In this document: positions 19,050-29,562 of the stretch, in pieces
Layout of the letters: each line of letters opens with the position of its first letter
How positions within the stretch are numbered: the stretch's first letter is position 1
Source: an uncultured bacterium
GTDB lineage: Bacteria > Krumholzibacteriota > Krumholzibacteriia > LZORAL124-64-63
NCBI GenBank assembly: GCA_963727525.1
Contig: CAVSGO010000005.1
Coordinates: forward strand, 352,001 to 416,000
Length of the DNA stretch: 64,000 bases
Reading direction: 5' to 3'
The notes under the pieces: model-generated
What the model was told of the DNA's origin: nothing
The model's database searches: none
What the model saw: only the letters and a program-made list of their open reading frames with translations
Made by a program: the position numbers and the translations under genes

Positions 19050-19892
19050 CTAGGACTCTGCTGTCCGCAGCTTGGCCGCAACCGCACCGTCGATGGCCAC
19101 GACTGGCGCCTCCAACTCGAAGATCTCGCCGAGGGTCGTGCGACCGAGGCGTCGCGCCTCCTGGAGCGCCAGCTTGAGCACACCCGCCGTCGCCGTCGCG
19201 TCGTCGGCGGCGCGGTGCGGACGATCATGGCAAACGCCCAGGCTGACAGCGAGTTCCGGCAGACTGTGGCTGGCGAGATCGGGCCAGAGGGCGCGCGAGA
19301 GGCAGAGCGTACAAAGGCCGGGAACGGCGGGAAATTCGAGATCCCGGCGCATGATCTCCCAGCGGAGGAAAGGCAGGTCGAAGCGGATGTCGTGCGCCAC
19401 GAACACCGACCCGCGCAGCATGCCGAGAAGCTGCGGGGCAACCTCGTCGAGCGTCGGAGCATCGGTCAGATCGGACTCGCGCAGGCCGGTGAGTCGGCTC
19501 ACCCACGGAGGGATGGCGCGTCCGGTGCGCACGCGGCTCGAGAATCCCGGCATGATCCGCTCGCGGCGCAGGCGCGCCACGCCCAGTTCCATGATCTCGT
19601 CGACACCGACCACGCTGCCCGTCGTCTCCAGATCGACCACCGCGAACGTGATCTCACGGGTATCCCGCTGCAGGAATGGCGTCCAGCGGGCGCACCATCG
19701 CTGATCGTGGGTGCGCAGGAAGCGCGGATCGCCCTCGAGCAGCATGCGCACCACGACATGCGCCTCCGGCATCTCGTGCCGCTGGGGGCCGAAGAGTCGG
19801 CGGGCAATGCAATGCGTCTGGACAGGTCGGTCGATCTCGAGCAGATAACGGTGCGCAAGATCGCGGAGCTGTTTCAGGTCGTTGATCGGCAT
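19050..19892 (-). CDS. DEDDh 3'-5' exonuclease (DnaQ/PolC-exo-like) with N-terminal helical extension
   Basis: VVDLETTG, FVAHDIRFD, HRAADDA. Confidence 0.9.
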   Translation of the reverse strand: MPINDLKQLRDLAHRYLLEIDRPVQTHCIARRLFGPQRHEMPEAHVVVRMLLEGDPRFLRTHDQRWCARWTPFLQRDTREITFAVVDLETTGSVVGVDEIMELGVARLRRERIMPGFSSRVRTGRAIPPWVSRLTGLRESDLTDAPTLDEVAPQLLGMLRGSVFVAHDIRFDLPFLRWEIMRRDLEFPAVPGLCTLCLSRALWPDLASHSLPELAVSLGVCHDRPHRAADDATATAGVLKLALQEARRLGRTTLGEIFELEAPVVAIDGAVAAKLRTAES

Positions 19893-19923
19893 GGCGTCAT
19901 TATAGCACAGGGGTATCGCGTGT

Positions 19924-20793
19924 TCAATCAGGGCCCGGAGCCGCCCCCGTCAGCAGGGGACGGGCGTCCTGGCCATAGCCCAGACACTCGAGGGTCTCCA
20001 CCTTCGCCTGGGGCGGCGGCGGGGAAAACCGGGGGCTCGCTGGCGTCATGACCGACTCGGCGCGCATCCGCTCGGCGGCAAACGCGAGGCCCAGCAACGG
20101 GATATCGTCCGAAACCGCCGCGTTGACCTCGATCGTGGTCATCTGGACCAGGGTGCCGGTGGCGAACGTGGCAGCCTGGGTATCGGCCGCGGCGAACGCG
20201 AACTGGTGGCATGTGAGCGATCGATCCTGGATCACGCGGACGGTGGTTCCCTGATCGGCCACCGACTCGGCCTGAAAGTCCCCGCGCAACGCGTCCGTGA
20301 CCAGGGGATCGGCCCGCCACTGCGCGCCGGTCAGGTCGGTGGGGACTCCGTCCTGCCACCGCTCGACGGCCACGACGGTGTCCAGTAACTGGCCCCGTCG
20401 CATGAGGATGGTATCGGCAACCCACACCCGCACGCCCTCTCCCGGCACCGGCTCCCGCTCACCAGGTTCGGCGAGTTCCTGCACCGGGACGATCTCGAGG
20501 AGCCAGCCCGCATCGGGGTGACCCGGCCCGGGCGCGAGGCACTGGATACGCAGCAACTCTCTCTCGCGGCGACCACCCGCCAGGCTCTGGCGCTGGTATT
20601 CCACCCAGGAGCCGACCTTCAGGCGGAGCGGGATTTGCGGCTGACGCCACAGGGTGAACAGGTCGAGGGCACGGGCGGGTACCGACGCGAACAGCAACGC
20701 GGACACGAGCAGGGCCGGCAGCGCATGCCGCCGGCCCCATCGCCATGCCCGAGCCCCATTCTCAGTGTTTGATCTTCTCCCAGTAGCTCGCAT
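19924..20793 (-). CDS. Hypothetical exported protein; start uncertain
   Basis: Signal-like LPALLVSALLFASVPARA; lies directly downstream of the selenoprotein gene. Confidence 0.65.
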   Translation of the reverse strand: MRATGRRSNTENGARAWRWGRRHALPALLVSALLFASVPARALDLFTLWRQPQIPLRLKVGSWVEYQRQSLAGGRRERELLRIQCLAPGPGHPDAGWLLEIVPVQELAEPGEREPVPGEGVRVWVADTILMRRGQLLDTVVAVERWQDGVPTDLTGAQWRADPLVTDALRGDFQAESVADQGTTVRVIQDRSLTCHQFAFAAADTQAATFATGTLVQMTTIEVNAAVSDDIPLLGLAFAAERMRAESVMTPASPRFSPPPPQAKVETLECLGYGQDARPLLTGAAPGPD

Positions 20794-22150
20794 AGTCGAA
20801 ATCGGTATCCTTCGTCTTGTCGTAACACGGGCGCTTGCTGTTGTCATGGCAGCCGGAGCAGGACTCACGGGCGACCTTGAGCCACGACGCGTCACGCTCG
20901 TGCTCGGTACCGTAGCCATGGCAGGACTCGCACTGCACGTTGGTCAGGTGCTTGTTCGGACCGTTTTCCTCGTACCCGCCGTAGTACTGGTACCCCGTGG
21001 TGTGGCACGTGAGACACTGCGGCTCAGTTTCCAGGGCCTGACCACGCAGGGTATTGAACGCCTGGGCATGCTCCGTCTTGCGCCAGGACTCGTAGGCATC
21101 CGTATGGCACGAGCGGCAGTTGACCAGGCCGAGGAACTGCTCGTCCTTGGAACCCTTGTCTCGCGGCCACTTGGCGCGTTCCTCCGCCTTCGCCTGCTCC
21201 TCGTGCTCCTTGAAGGCCGTGACCTTGCCCGCCATGTCCTTGTCGTCGGCGATCTGGTCGTCCAGGCTGGTGACGTGCACCTGCACCGCCATCACCTTGC
21301 CGTCGGACGGCTCCACCTGCAGATCCGCACGCCCGATGAAGCGACCCTCGTAGACGGCGGCCAGCATGACCGCGTCCTGGACGATGCGCTCGGTCTCGTA
21401 GCTGCGGAACGTGTGGCCCACCACCACGACATCGATGCCCTTCACTTCCTTCAGGATGTTCTCGGTGCCGTTGTCGCCCATGTGGCTGAGCAGCACCACC
21501 GTGTCGCACTTCTCGCGCAACTTCGGAATGACATCCCGCAGGGCGGCGATCGGATCATCCACACGGAATTGAGCCTCGCTCGCATCCATCGTGATGATCT
21601 TCTGCTGCGGATCAAGGATACTGACGATGCCGAACCTGATGCCGTTCTTCTCCACGACGAGGTACTCCGGCAGGATGAGCTCGCCGGAACCTGGATCGTG
21701 AACGTTGGCGCTCGTGAACGGCAGCTTGTATTTCTCGATCATCTGCTTCAGAAATCCGAGACCGTAGTTCAGATCCTGCTCGCCGAGACCGATCCCGTCG
21801 TAACCGAAGGCGCCGGTCTGCTCACAGAGGAACTCCGTCTGGTTCCGTTCCTGCCGCGTACGCTTTCCAAACAGATCTCCGGCGTCAAGAGTCAGCGTCT
21901 CGACGCCTTCGTCCCAAACAGTGTTGAAAAAGGTGGCCCTCCGGGCCAACCCGCCACGCTGATGGGAGTGTCAGCCACAGGGGTCGATCTTGCCCTTGAC
22001 GTCGCTGGTGTAGATGAGCGAGACCGGCTTCCAGTTGACGTCGGCGGCGTGCGCCACACGTACGGGCAGCAGACTCGGCACGATCAGCAGCGCCGCCAGG
22101 AGCAAGCCCAGCCCCCCGCTCGCGGCAATGCGTCGGTTGGGGTGCATCAT
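20762..22150 (-). CDS. Secreted UshA-like (metallophosphoesterase-fold) selenoprotein fused to a tetraheme c554-type cytochrome; Sec at TGA 21971-21973
   Basis: ORFs 21971-22186 and 20762-21949 are in the same frame and join as ...KGKIDPCG-U-HSHQRGGLARRAT. Signal peptide, LDAGDLF, LLSHMG, VVGHTF; four CxxCH motifs (CRSCH, CLTCH, CESCH, CSGCH). Confidence 0.85.
21932..21951 (-). promoter_or_regulatory. Bacterial SECIS-like hairpin
   Basis: mRNA GG-U-UGGCCC-GGA-GGGCCA-CC starts 19 nt after the UGA; bulged U and G-initiated apical loop 28 nt from the UGA. Confidence 0.65.
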
Positions 22151-22285
22151 GCTTCCTCTTGAGCGGGGTTGTGTTTTACGGCTCAAACGGCCGCACCAGC
22201 CGCTGAACCGGCCGGCGTCGCGAAAAGTTCCAAGGAAACCGAAGTATACCCCGGCTTGCAGAGACCGGCAAGCGACGGTTCTCTC

Positions 22286-25200
22286 TCAATAGAGCCCGCC
22301 GGAGGCGAGGCCGCCGGCGCTCCCCAGCAGGTCCTCCTTGCCCTGGGTGAGCTTCAGCTCGGGGATCGCCTTGAGATAGAACCGGAAACCGAACTGTGAG
22401 TCGTTGACACCGGCGAGGACGCGGTAGAACTCGAGTCGCCAGCAGTGCAGGTCACGCTGCAGGCGATAGGTCTGCCGCGTGGTGGCGCCGGCACTCAGGT
22501 CGAAAGAGCTGCTGTAGCTCAGCTCCCAGCCATGGGTCAAGAAAGCCGACACGCTCAGATTCGCCCGCGCGGTGGACGCGCCGCCGGCCTGGCGCGAGTA
22601 GGTGAGCGATCCGTTCAGATTCCAGGGGATCAGACGTCCGCCCTCGGTGGCGTCGCGCTCGGCGCCTCCGGATTCCCCGCGCCCGGCGTTGGGCTCGTCG
22701 AAACCGCCGTAGAAATCGTCCTGCACGAACGCGTCCTGGTCGGCCGGATTGGCGAGGCTGTCGGCGACGGCGGTCGACGAATCGGGAACCATGGCCTCGA
22801 GCTGATCGATCGCCGCGTTGCGTTTCTGCTCGCGTTCCTTGCCCAGCCATCCCGTATCGAACCGCCCACGGAACCCGAAGGCGTAGTTGAGCTGGGTGCT
22901 GATGATGCGGCGGCGGTACGGGTCGATCGTATTCGACATGCCGAGATTGAGATTGCGGTTCGAACCTGGCTTGATGGTGATACGGCTGGACACATTGTTC
23001 CACATCCGCCCGCTGGGCGCCTTCGGCGTGTAACCGGTGCCCATGGTCCAATCGATCAGGCCGTCGAGCTTTTTCAGCGTCTCGCCGCTGTCGGTGGCCC
23101 CGGCGGCGTACTTCACGTCGAAACGGTTGCTCATCGAGAACGAGTAGCTCGAGCGCCGATCCTGCTTGCTGCCGAGCTGCGGCTGGAACGAGCCCGACGC
23201 CGAGAGCCCCAGCGTGTGGCGGATCGCGCGTAGGGCGCCCACGCGTGCAGGAAAGACGCCGTAGAGGGTGGTGGTCACCCCCGCATTGTAGGCGAGGCTC
23301 GGCCGTGTGACCTCGTGCACCGAATCGATGGGCGCATAGTAGCCCACAGTGTCGGTATCGGAGGTGACGGTGTAGTAATCGCGTCCGGTCACCACGTCGC
23401 GCTGCCACGACTGGCTGCCCGAGGCGCCGAAGCTCGGATTCAGGAAGCCGATCCGCGGCGGCCGCACCCGTAGCGACCAGTTACCCGAGGCCGCGTACGT
23501 GTGCAGGTCGGTTCGCTCACGCTTGCGCACGTAGTTGCGCATCGAATAGCTCTGCGTCAGGTACGTGTTGCGGGCCAGTTCGCCCAGCATGCTGCCCTTC
23601 TGCCCCGCCGGCAACGCCGGCGCCAGGGCGATCTGGTTGGGGCTGATGCTCAGCGAAGGCAGCGTCATGTTGTAGACCTCGTTGTTGGACAACGGGTCGT
23701 TGTCGTCGGCGTTCAGCTGCTCCGTGCGGTCAGCGTTGAGGCTCATGCTGGCCCAATTGAACTTACGGCTCACGAACATCGTCGACTTGCGATTCTGATC
23801 GAGGATGTCGCGCCCGACGTTTGAGTTGAGGTCGTTGCTGGTGAGCGTGCGACTCGCCATCTTCACGCTGGCCCGGAACGTGTAGTCGTCGAAGAGGTGC
23901 GGTTGGTTATGATTCGCGGCGAGCTGCCACTCCTTGAGATCCTCGCCGGCACGCAGGCTCACCCGCCGCGTGTAGTCGATGCCCCCGCTGAAGGCATAAC
24001 GCTTGTTGTAGCGGTTGCGCAGCCGTGTGGCGATCTCCGAATGCTCGTTGTAGTCGACCTCGAACGTGAAGTCCGTGTAATCGTTCGTCGCCCAGAAATA
24101 GCCAAGATCGCGGATGTAGCGCCCCGTGCGCGATGACCAGCCCACATTGAAATTCGGGAAGAGGATTCCCGAACGCCGCCCCTGTTTCAGCGACTTGAAA
24201 TAGAAGGGCAGAGCGAATACGGGTACCTTACCCACTTTCATCACGATCGGCGCCGCCACCACCTGGTCGCCGATGCGCATCTTCATCTTGTCGGCCCAGA
24301 AGTGATAGTGGGGCCGCTCGAGATCGCAGCTCGTCATCTTGCCGCCGTGGATCTTGAGACTGCCATCGGGATAGCGGTAGATCTCATCGCCGACGTAGTA
24401 GTAGTTGTCGAACGTGGTGATGCCGTGTTTCACGGCGCCGGTCTTGTTGGCGAAATCGTACCCCATGCGCTGGCCGACGATCGTCTCGTTCTGCTCGAGC
24501 AGCGGCTGGCCAGACGCATAGAGCTCGCGGGTGCGGGTATCGAGCTGAACCTCCTGGGCCGTGAGCGTCATGTCACCGTACACGAGCCGGGCGTCCTGGC
24601 TCACATCGATGGTCATGTGCGCGAGGTCGAAGGCCACCGCTTGACCGCTATAGTTCACGGCCTCCTCATGGGCCGTGAAGTCACCGCGAAGCGCGGCGGA
24701 ATCGGCGATGGCCGCGACGAGCGAGTCCGCCACCGCAGTCGTTTCGACGGCGGCGGTCGTATCGACGGCGGCGGAGTCGGACGCGGCCTTGCCCCTCATG
24801 GCGGCGATCCGGGCGAAGTGGTAGACACCGCTCATCGAGCCGCGCACGTTCACCTTGCGCACGCGGCCGCCATGGAAGTCGATGACCAGCGTATCGCCAT
24901 TCACGTCGTTGAACGCCACCTCCTCATCGACATCGGTGGGCACGTACACGCTGTGCGCGTTGCCGATCACCACGGTACTTGACACCTGCTTGTTCTGCAG
25001 ATGCACGGTGATGCTGTCTCCGTCCACCGTATCCAGGGCCGGCAAGCCGGTATAGACGGCCGCCAGGCTGTCCGGGTCGCCATCCTCCATGTGTGCATCG
25101 CCCACCAGCACCACCCGCACGAGCTGGCCGTGGAGATAGAAGAACGTGATCTCGTCCCCCCGCATGCGGCTGCCCTCGTCGAGCGACACCTCGGGGTGGC

Positions 25201-26137
25201 CGCGCAGGACCATGCGCTGCTTGCCGAACGCCACGGCGGTATCGGCCTGGGCATGCGTCCTCCCCTGTCGCAGCCGTACGGAGTCGGTCATGACCACGCG
25301 TTCCTCGGAGCGGTAGAACCGCATGCGTCCGGCCACGCTGGTCGCCGGCTCGCCCCCCTCCTCGCGCGAGGTGAGCACCGGCGACTCGTCCACCTCGGCC
25401 CAGGTGCCGTCGGCCGCGAACACGGCGTGCCGGCCGGTGACCAGTGTCGACTCCTTGGGATCGATGATCCGTACGTGGCCGAAGGCCTCGCCGTGGTCGA
25501 GCGTGCGGTCACGTACGACGGTATCGGCCATCACCGTGTATTCGGGCGCGATGACGACCGCATCCTCGAAAAGACGCATCAGACGGCCCTGCTCACGCAT
25601 TTCGCCCCGCCGCGCCGTGGCCAGTACGCCCCCCTCGAGCACATGTACGTTGTCGTAGAAGTCGGCATCCTGGGACTGGCGGCTGTAGTCAGCGCGGTCG
25701 CTCGACATCCGGGTACTGAACTGGCGCATGCGGACATGGCCGAAGAGGCGCGCGAACTCGCGGTCGCGGTACACGCGGGCCGAGTCGGCCCGCACGACCA
25801 CCGTGTCGCGATCGATGTAGACGTTACCGATGAGGTACGACACGGGTTTGCCGTTGACCGTGCGGTCGATGAAGCGATCGGCGACGATCCACGACCCCTG
25901 CCGCGCCGTGCGCGGCAGCGTGCGCGCACGCGGGGCGGGCGCGAACCCGGCCACCGCCGTGTCGGCGGCGGCGGTATCGGTGAGGGTCGAATCGGTCGCG
26001 GGTGATCCGGGCGCCTGGGGATCGGCGAATGCCGCGCGTTCGCGCAGCGACGCCGCGAGGATGAGCAGCCCGAGCAGGCCGGCGTAGAGTCCGGTCACGA
26101 CGAGGCGACCGCGACCATCGCGCCGGCCCGCGGTCAC
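22286..26137 (-). CDS. lptD: LPS-assembly protein LptD-like with multiple N-terminal OstA/LptA-like beta-jellyroll repeats
   Basis: Repeated OstA-like segments; MTSCDLERPHYHF, RSGILFP, GRYIRDLGYFW, RDLHCW. Confidence 0.85.
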   Translation of the reverse strand: MTAGRRDGRGRLVVTGLYAGLLGLLILAASLRERAAFADPQAPGSPATDSTLTDTAAADTAVAGFAPAPRARTLPRTARQGSWIVADRFIDRTVNGKPVSYLIGNVYIDRDTVVVRADSARVYRDREFARLFGHVRMRQFSTRMSSDRADYSRQSQDADFYDNVHVLEGGVLATARRGEMREQGRLMRLFEDAVVIAPEYTVMADTVVRDRTLDHGEAFGHVRIIDPKESTLVTGRHAVFAADGTWAEVDESPVLTSREEGGEPATSVAGRMRFYRSEERVVMTDSVRLRQGRTHAQADTAVAFGKQRMVLRGHPEVSLDEGSRMRGDEITFFYLHGQLVRVVLVGDAHMEDGDPDSLAAVYTGLPALDTVDGDSITVHLQNKQVSSTVVIGNAHSVYVPTDVDEEVAFNDVNGDTLVIDFHGGRVRKVNVRGSMSGVYHFARIAAMRGKAASDSAAVDTTAAVETTAVADSLVAAIADSAALRGDFTAHEEAVNYSGQAVAFDLAHMTIDVSQDARLVYGDMTLTAQEVQLDTRTRELYASGQPLLEQNETIVGQRMGYDFANKTGAVKHGITTFDNYYYVGDEIYRYPDGSLKIHGGKMTSCDLERPHYHFWADKMKMRIGDQVVAAPIVMKVGKVPVFALPFYFKSLKQGRRSGILFPNFNVGWSSRTGRYIRDLGYFWATNDYTDFTFEVDYNEHSEIATRLRNRYNKRYAFSGGIDYTRRVSLRAGEDLKEWQLAANHNQPHLFDDYTFRASVKMASRTLTSNDLNSNVGRDILDQNRKSTMFVSRKFNWASMSLNADRTEQLNADDNDPLSNNEVYNMTLPSLSISPNQIALAPALPAGQKGSMLGELARNTYLTQSYSMRNYVRKRERTDLHTYAASGNWSLRVRPPRIGFLNPSFGASGSQSWQRDVVTGRDYYTVTSDTDTVGYYAPIDSVHEVTRPSLAYNAGVTTTLYGVFPARVGALRAIRHTLGLSASGSFQPQLGSKQDRRSSYSFSMSNRFDVKYAAGATDSGETLKKLDGLIDWTMGTGYTPKAPSGRMWNNVSSRITIKPGSNRNLNLGMSNTIDPYRRRIISTQLNYAFGFRGRFDTGWLGKEREQKRNAAIDQLEAMVPDSSTAVADSLANPADQDAFVQDDFYGGFDEPNAGRGESGGAERDATEGGRLIPWNLNGSLTYSRQAGGASTARANLSVSAFLTHGWELSYSSSFDLSAGATTRQTYRLQRDLHCWRLEFYRVLAGVNDSQFGFRFYLKAIPELKLTQGKEDLLGSAGGLASGGLY

Positions 26138-27132
26138 GCGGATGTCCCGCGTTCAACGGCGAGCGCAGCCGCCCCCATGGCAGCCGCGTACGAGCCCAGG
26201 TCGGCCAAGAGGACAGGCGTGGTGCGTCCCGAGGGCGCCATCACGTGGCGCGCCACCATCTCGCGGCAGGGGGCGAGAAGCAGGTCGCCCGCCTGCGCCA
26301 CGCCGCCGCCAATAATCACACGCTCGGGCGCGAGCACGTTGACGAGGCTGGCCACCGCCTGCCCCAGGCGCCGGCCGGCGGCATGGAAGAGCGCGACGGC
26401 CGTGGTGTCGCCCGATTCGGCGACCTCGAAGAGGTCCTTCGTCGTCAGATCATGGCCGCGCCGCCCGACCCACTCGCGGAACGCCGCCGTCGAGGCCTTG
26501 TCGCCTGCCAGTTCCCGCGCGCGGCGCACGAGGCCGTTGCTGCCGCAATACGCCTCGAGGCAGCCGTGGTTGCCGCACGGACACAGCGGGCCGTCGAGCG
26601 CCAGGGTCATGTGGCCGATCTCGCCCGCGCCATGACCGTGGCCGGTGAGCAGGTTGCCATCCACGATCACACCGCCGCCCACACCGGTACCCAGCGCGAT
26701 CATCACCAGGTGACGCACGCCGCGCCCGGCCCCGTGGCAAAACTCGCCGTAGGCAGCCGCATTGACGTCGTTGGCCACGGCGGTGGCCAGCGCACCGTTC
26801 GCCAGGTTCCCCGTGCCCAGTTCGCCGAAAGCCGTCGTCAGCTCCCCGACGAGGTTCACCTCTTCCCAGCCCGGCAAGTTGGGCGAGCGGCCGAGTTGAC
26901 CGCTCTCGGGATCGACGATGCCGGCGCACGCAAGTCCTACGGCGTCGATCCCGCCCCGCGCATCGGCGAGATCGTGGGCGATGGCATCGCGCAGGCGCCG
27001 GATCGAGGCCCGCGCGTCGCGCGGATCGGTGGCGACATCGCCCTGGGCGACGCGTTCGCCTCCATGCTCTTGCACCACGTACTTGATGTTCGTGCCGCCC
27101 ACATCGGCACCCACGAGCAGCGATTTCGGCAC
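26134..27132 (-). CDS. ROK-family sugar kinase (glucokinase-like)
   Basis: GADVGGTNIK, NDVNAAAYGE, LGTGVGGG, GEIGHM, CPCGNHGCLEAY. Confidence 0.93.
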   Translation of the reverse strand: MPKSLLVGADVGGTNIKYVVQEHGGERVAQGDVATDPRDARASIRRLRDAIAHDLADARGGIDAVGLACAGIVDPESGQLGRSPNLPGWEEVNLVGELTTAFGELGTGNLANGALATAVANDVNAAAYGEFCHGAGRGVRHLVMIALGTGVGGGVIVDGNLLTGHGHGAGEIGHMTLALDGPLCPCGNHGCLEAYCGSNGLVRRARELAGDKASTAAFREWVGRRGHDLTTKDLFEVAESGDTTAVALFHAAGRRLGQAVASLVNVLAPERVIIGGGVAQAGDLLLAPCREMVARHVMAPSGRTTPVLLADLGSYAAAMGAAALAVERGTSA

Positions 27133-27159
27133 GTGTGTCTCCTCGTCGTCGCTCCCGCG

Positions 27160-28563
27160 TCAGCGGGACAGCAGTTCGACGGCCGGCCGGGGTCGCCGGG
27201 TCGCCTCGAGGCGGCCGAAACCGAGGCGATGCAGCACCTCGGCGACCATGAAGCACGATCCGGTCACCAGGACGGCGTCGTCGCGCCTCAGTTCCTGGCG
27301 CCAGTATTCCAGCGCCGCCGCCACGCTGTCCATGATGGAGTGGGCAGCCATGTCCGCGAGTCCCCACTCGCCGAACAACCCCCTCCACGCCTCACGGTTC
27401 CGCGAGCGCGGCAGACTCACCGGCGCCGCCGTCACGGCATCGAAGCGCCGCAACCATGTCCCCAGCTCCGGCGGTGCCGGCTTGTCCTGCATGGCGCCCA
27501 GCAACACGATGCGGCGACCCCGGCAAGGCCGCGCCGCGAAGGCGTCGAGTGCGATACGCAGCGCCTGGGCATTGTGGGCGGTATCGACGATCACGTCCGG
27601 CCCCGTGAGCACGGTCTGGAAACGTCCCGGCAACACGAGGTCGCTCAGCGCTCCCGCCGGATCGTCCGGCAAGCGCAGGCTCCCGCGATCCTCCAGGGTT
27701 GTCAGGGTCAGCAGCGCCAGGGCCACGTTGCGCTCGAGCACGGGCTCGGCGAGGTGGGGCAGGCCGCCAAACGTGCGGCCGGCACACTGCAGACTCCAGG
27801 TCGCGCCGGCGTCGGCGGCGCGGACACAGGCATCGAGGCCGTACCAGGGGCTGCCGACCAGGGCGGCGGCGGCGCGGGCCTGTTCGCGCAGCGCGTCGTC
27901 GTCGAGAGCACAGTACAGCGGTACGTCCGCCTTGAGGAGCCCCAGTTTTTCGGCCAGGATCTGCTCGCGCGTCTCGCCCAGGATGTGCTGGTGGTCCAGG
28001 CCGATCGAGGTGAGCAGTGTGGCGACGGCCGGCAGGGCGTTGGTGGCGTCGAGGCGCCCGCCCAGCCCGACCTCGCAGCACACCACGTCGACCGCAGCGT
28101 CGCGCAGGATCTGCATCGCCACGGCGGTGAGGCTCTCGAACCAGCTCGCCTCGTGCCGTTCCACCAGGCGGCGAACGGCGACCACGCGCGCGGCGAAGAG
28201 CGCCGGATCCACCGGCGTCTCGTCGATCATGATGCGTTCGTGCACATTCAGCAGGTGAGGGCTCGTATAAGTGCCCACGCGATAGCCCGCCGCGCGCAAC
28301 AGCCGCGTGAGGATGAGCGTCGTGCTGCCCTTGCCGTTGGTACCCGCGACCACGAGGGTGCGCAGCCCCTGTTCGGGATGGCCGAGATCGCCGAGCAATC
28401 CCTCGATGCGTTGCAGGCCGGGACGGATGCCGAAACGGTTGAGAGAGAACAGCCAGCGCGTGGCCTCGTCGGGCGGAGCGAAGGGCGGCGGCAGCTGCGG
28501 ACCGATGCCGGGTTCGCCGGGGAAGACCGCCTCCGGCGGGTGGGGTTGCCGCGGATCGGTCAT
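27160..28563 (-). CDS. folC: Folylpolyglutamate synthase / dihydrofolate synthase
   Basis: VAGTNGKGST, YTSPHL, EVGLGGRLDATN, IGLDH, DTAHN, TGSCF. Confidence 0.93.
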   Translation of the reverse strand: MTDPRQPHPPEAVFPGEPGIGPQLPPPFAPPDEATRWLFSLNRFGIRPGLQRIEGLLGDLGHPEQGLRTLVVAGTNGKGSTTLILTRLLRAAGYRVGTYTSPHLLNVHERIMIDETPVDPALFAARVVAVRRLVERHEASWFESLTAVAMQILRDAAVDVVCCEVGLGGRLDATNALPAVATLLTSIGLDHQHILGETREQILAEKLGLLKADVPLYCALDDDALREQARAAAALVGSPWYGLDACVRAADAGATWSLQCAGRTFGGLPHLAEPVLERNVALALLTLTTLEDRGSLRLPDDPAGALSDLVLPGRFQTVLTGPDVIVDTAHNAQALRIALDAFAARPCRGRRIVLLGAMQDKPAPPELGTWLRRFDAVTAAPVSLPRSRNREAWRGLFGEWGLADMAAHSIMDSVAAALEYWRQELRRDDAVLVTGSCFMVAEVLHRLGFGRLEATRRPRPAVELLSR

Positions 28564-28569
28564 CGTTCA

Positions 28570-29448
28570 CTAGTCTCGCACAGGATGGGGAACGGACACG
28601 TCACGCCCGTCGACGAACCAGTGCAGGGCGCGCGCCAGGATGGGCTTGAGTTGCCGTCGTTCGACCACCATGTCCACCTGCCCGTGCTCCAGCAGGAATT
28701 CGGCCGACTGGAATCCCGGGGGCAGATCGCTGCCGATGGTCTGCTTGATCACCCGTGGTCCCGCGAAGCCGATGAGGGCGCCGGGCTCGGCCACGTTGAC
28801 GTCGCCCAGCGACGCGAAGCTGGCCGTCACCCCGCCGTAGGTGGGATTGGCGAGCACCGAGATGAACGGGATACCCGCCTCGCGCAGCCGCGCCAGTGCA
28901 GCCGACGTCTTGGCCATCTGCATGAGCGAAAGCAGCGACTCCTGCATGCGTGCACCGCCGGAGCGCGACAGGATGAGAGCCGCGTGACGGTCGCGTAGAC
29001 TGTCCAGCAGCATGCGGGCGATCTTCTCGCCCATCACCGAGCCGAGGCTGCCGCCCATGAACGAGAAATCGAGCAGTGCGAGGTTGAGGGGTAGACCATC
29101 GATGCGCCCGGCGCCGGTGATGACAGCGTCGTCCTTCCCCGTGGCCTGCATGCTCGCCTTCACGCGATCGCGATAGCGCTTGGTGTCCTTGAACCTGAGA
29201 GGATCGGCGCTGGTGATGCCACGATGGGTCTCGCACCAGGTGCCGCCGTCGACGAGCAGCTCGATGTACCGCTCCGTATCCAGCGGCAGGTGATGGCCAC
29301 AGGCGCCGCAGACCCAGAGGTTCCGCTCGAGCTCCCGACTGTAGAGCACCTCGCCGCATCCCGGGCACTTCTGCCAGAGATTGTCGGGTACTTCGTGCTG
29401 CTTGGCCAGGGCCTGGATGCCCCGGGCGGCGCGATTGAGCCAGGACAA
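28570..29448 (-). CDS. accD: Acetyl-CoA carboxylase carboxyltransferase beta subunit
   Basis: LWQKCPGC...CGAC Zn finger, FMGGSLG, SGGARMQE, PTYGGVTAS, IGFAGPRVI; TTG start after AAGGAGG. Confidence 0.95.
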   Translation of the reverse strand: MSWLNRAARGIQALAKQHEVPDNLWQKCPGCGEVLYSRELERNLWVCGACGHHLPLDTERYIELLVDGGTWCETHRGITSADPLRFKDTKRYRDRVKASMQATGKDDAVITGAGRIDGLPLNLALLDFSFMGGSLGSVMGEKIARMLLDSLRDRHAALILSRSGGARMQESLLSLMQMAKTSAALARLREAGIPFISVLANPTYGGVTASFASLGDVNVAEPGALIGFAGPRVIKQTIGSDLPPGFQSAEFLLEHGQVDMVVERRQLKPILARALHWFVDGRDVSVPHPVRD

Positions 29449-29562
29449 CGAGCACACCTCCTTGCGCCGGCGGTCCGGCGCAGTGCCACCAATGTGACGC
29501 AAGCGGACGGGATCGACAAGTCAGTTATCCAGGGCCACCGGCAGTCGCTGCGGGCGTTGCGG

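Noticed and set aside
21971-22186. Separate 71-aa gene, or a nonsense-mutated pseudogene
   Set aside because: The in-frame continuation, CxU context and SECIS-like hairpin fit a single selenoprotein better.
26245-28998. 917-aa plus-strand ORF and many other long antisense or alternate-frame ORFs (e.g. 797-2137, 11787-13349, 20654-22162)
   Set aside because: They are shadows of well-supported opposite-strand genes in high-GC DNA, with no motifs of their own.
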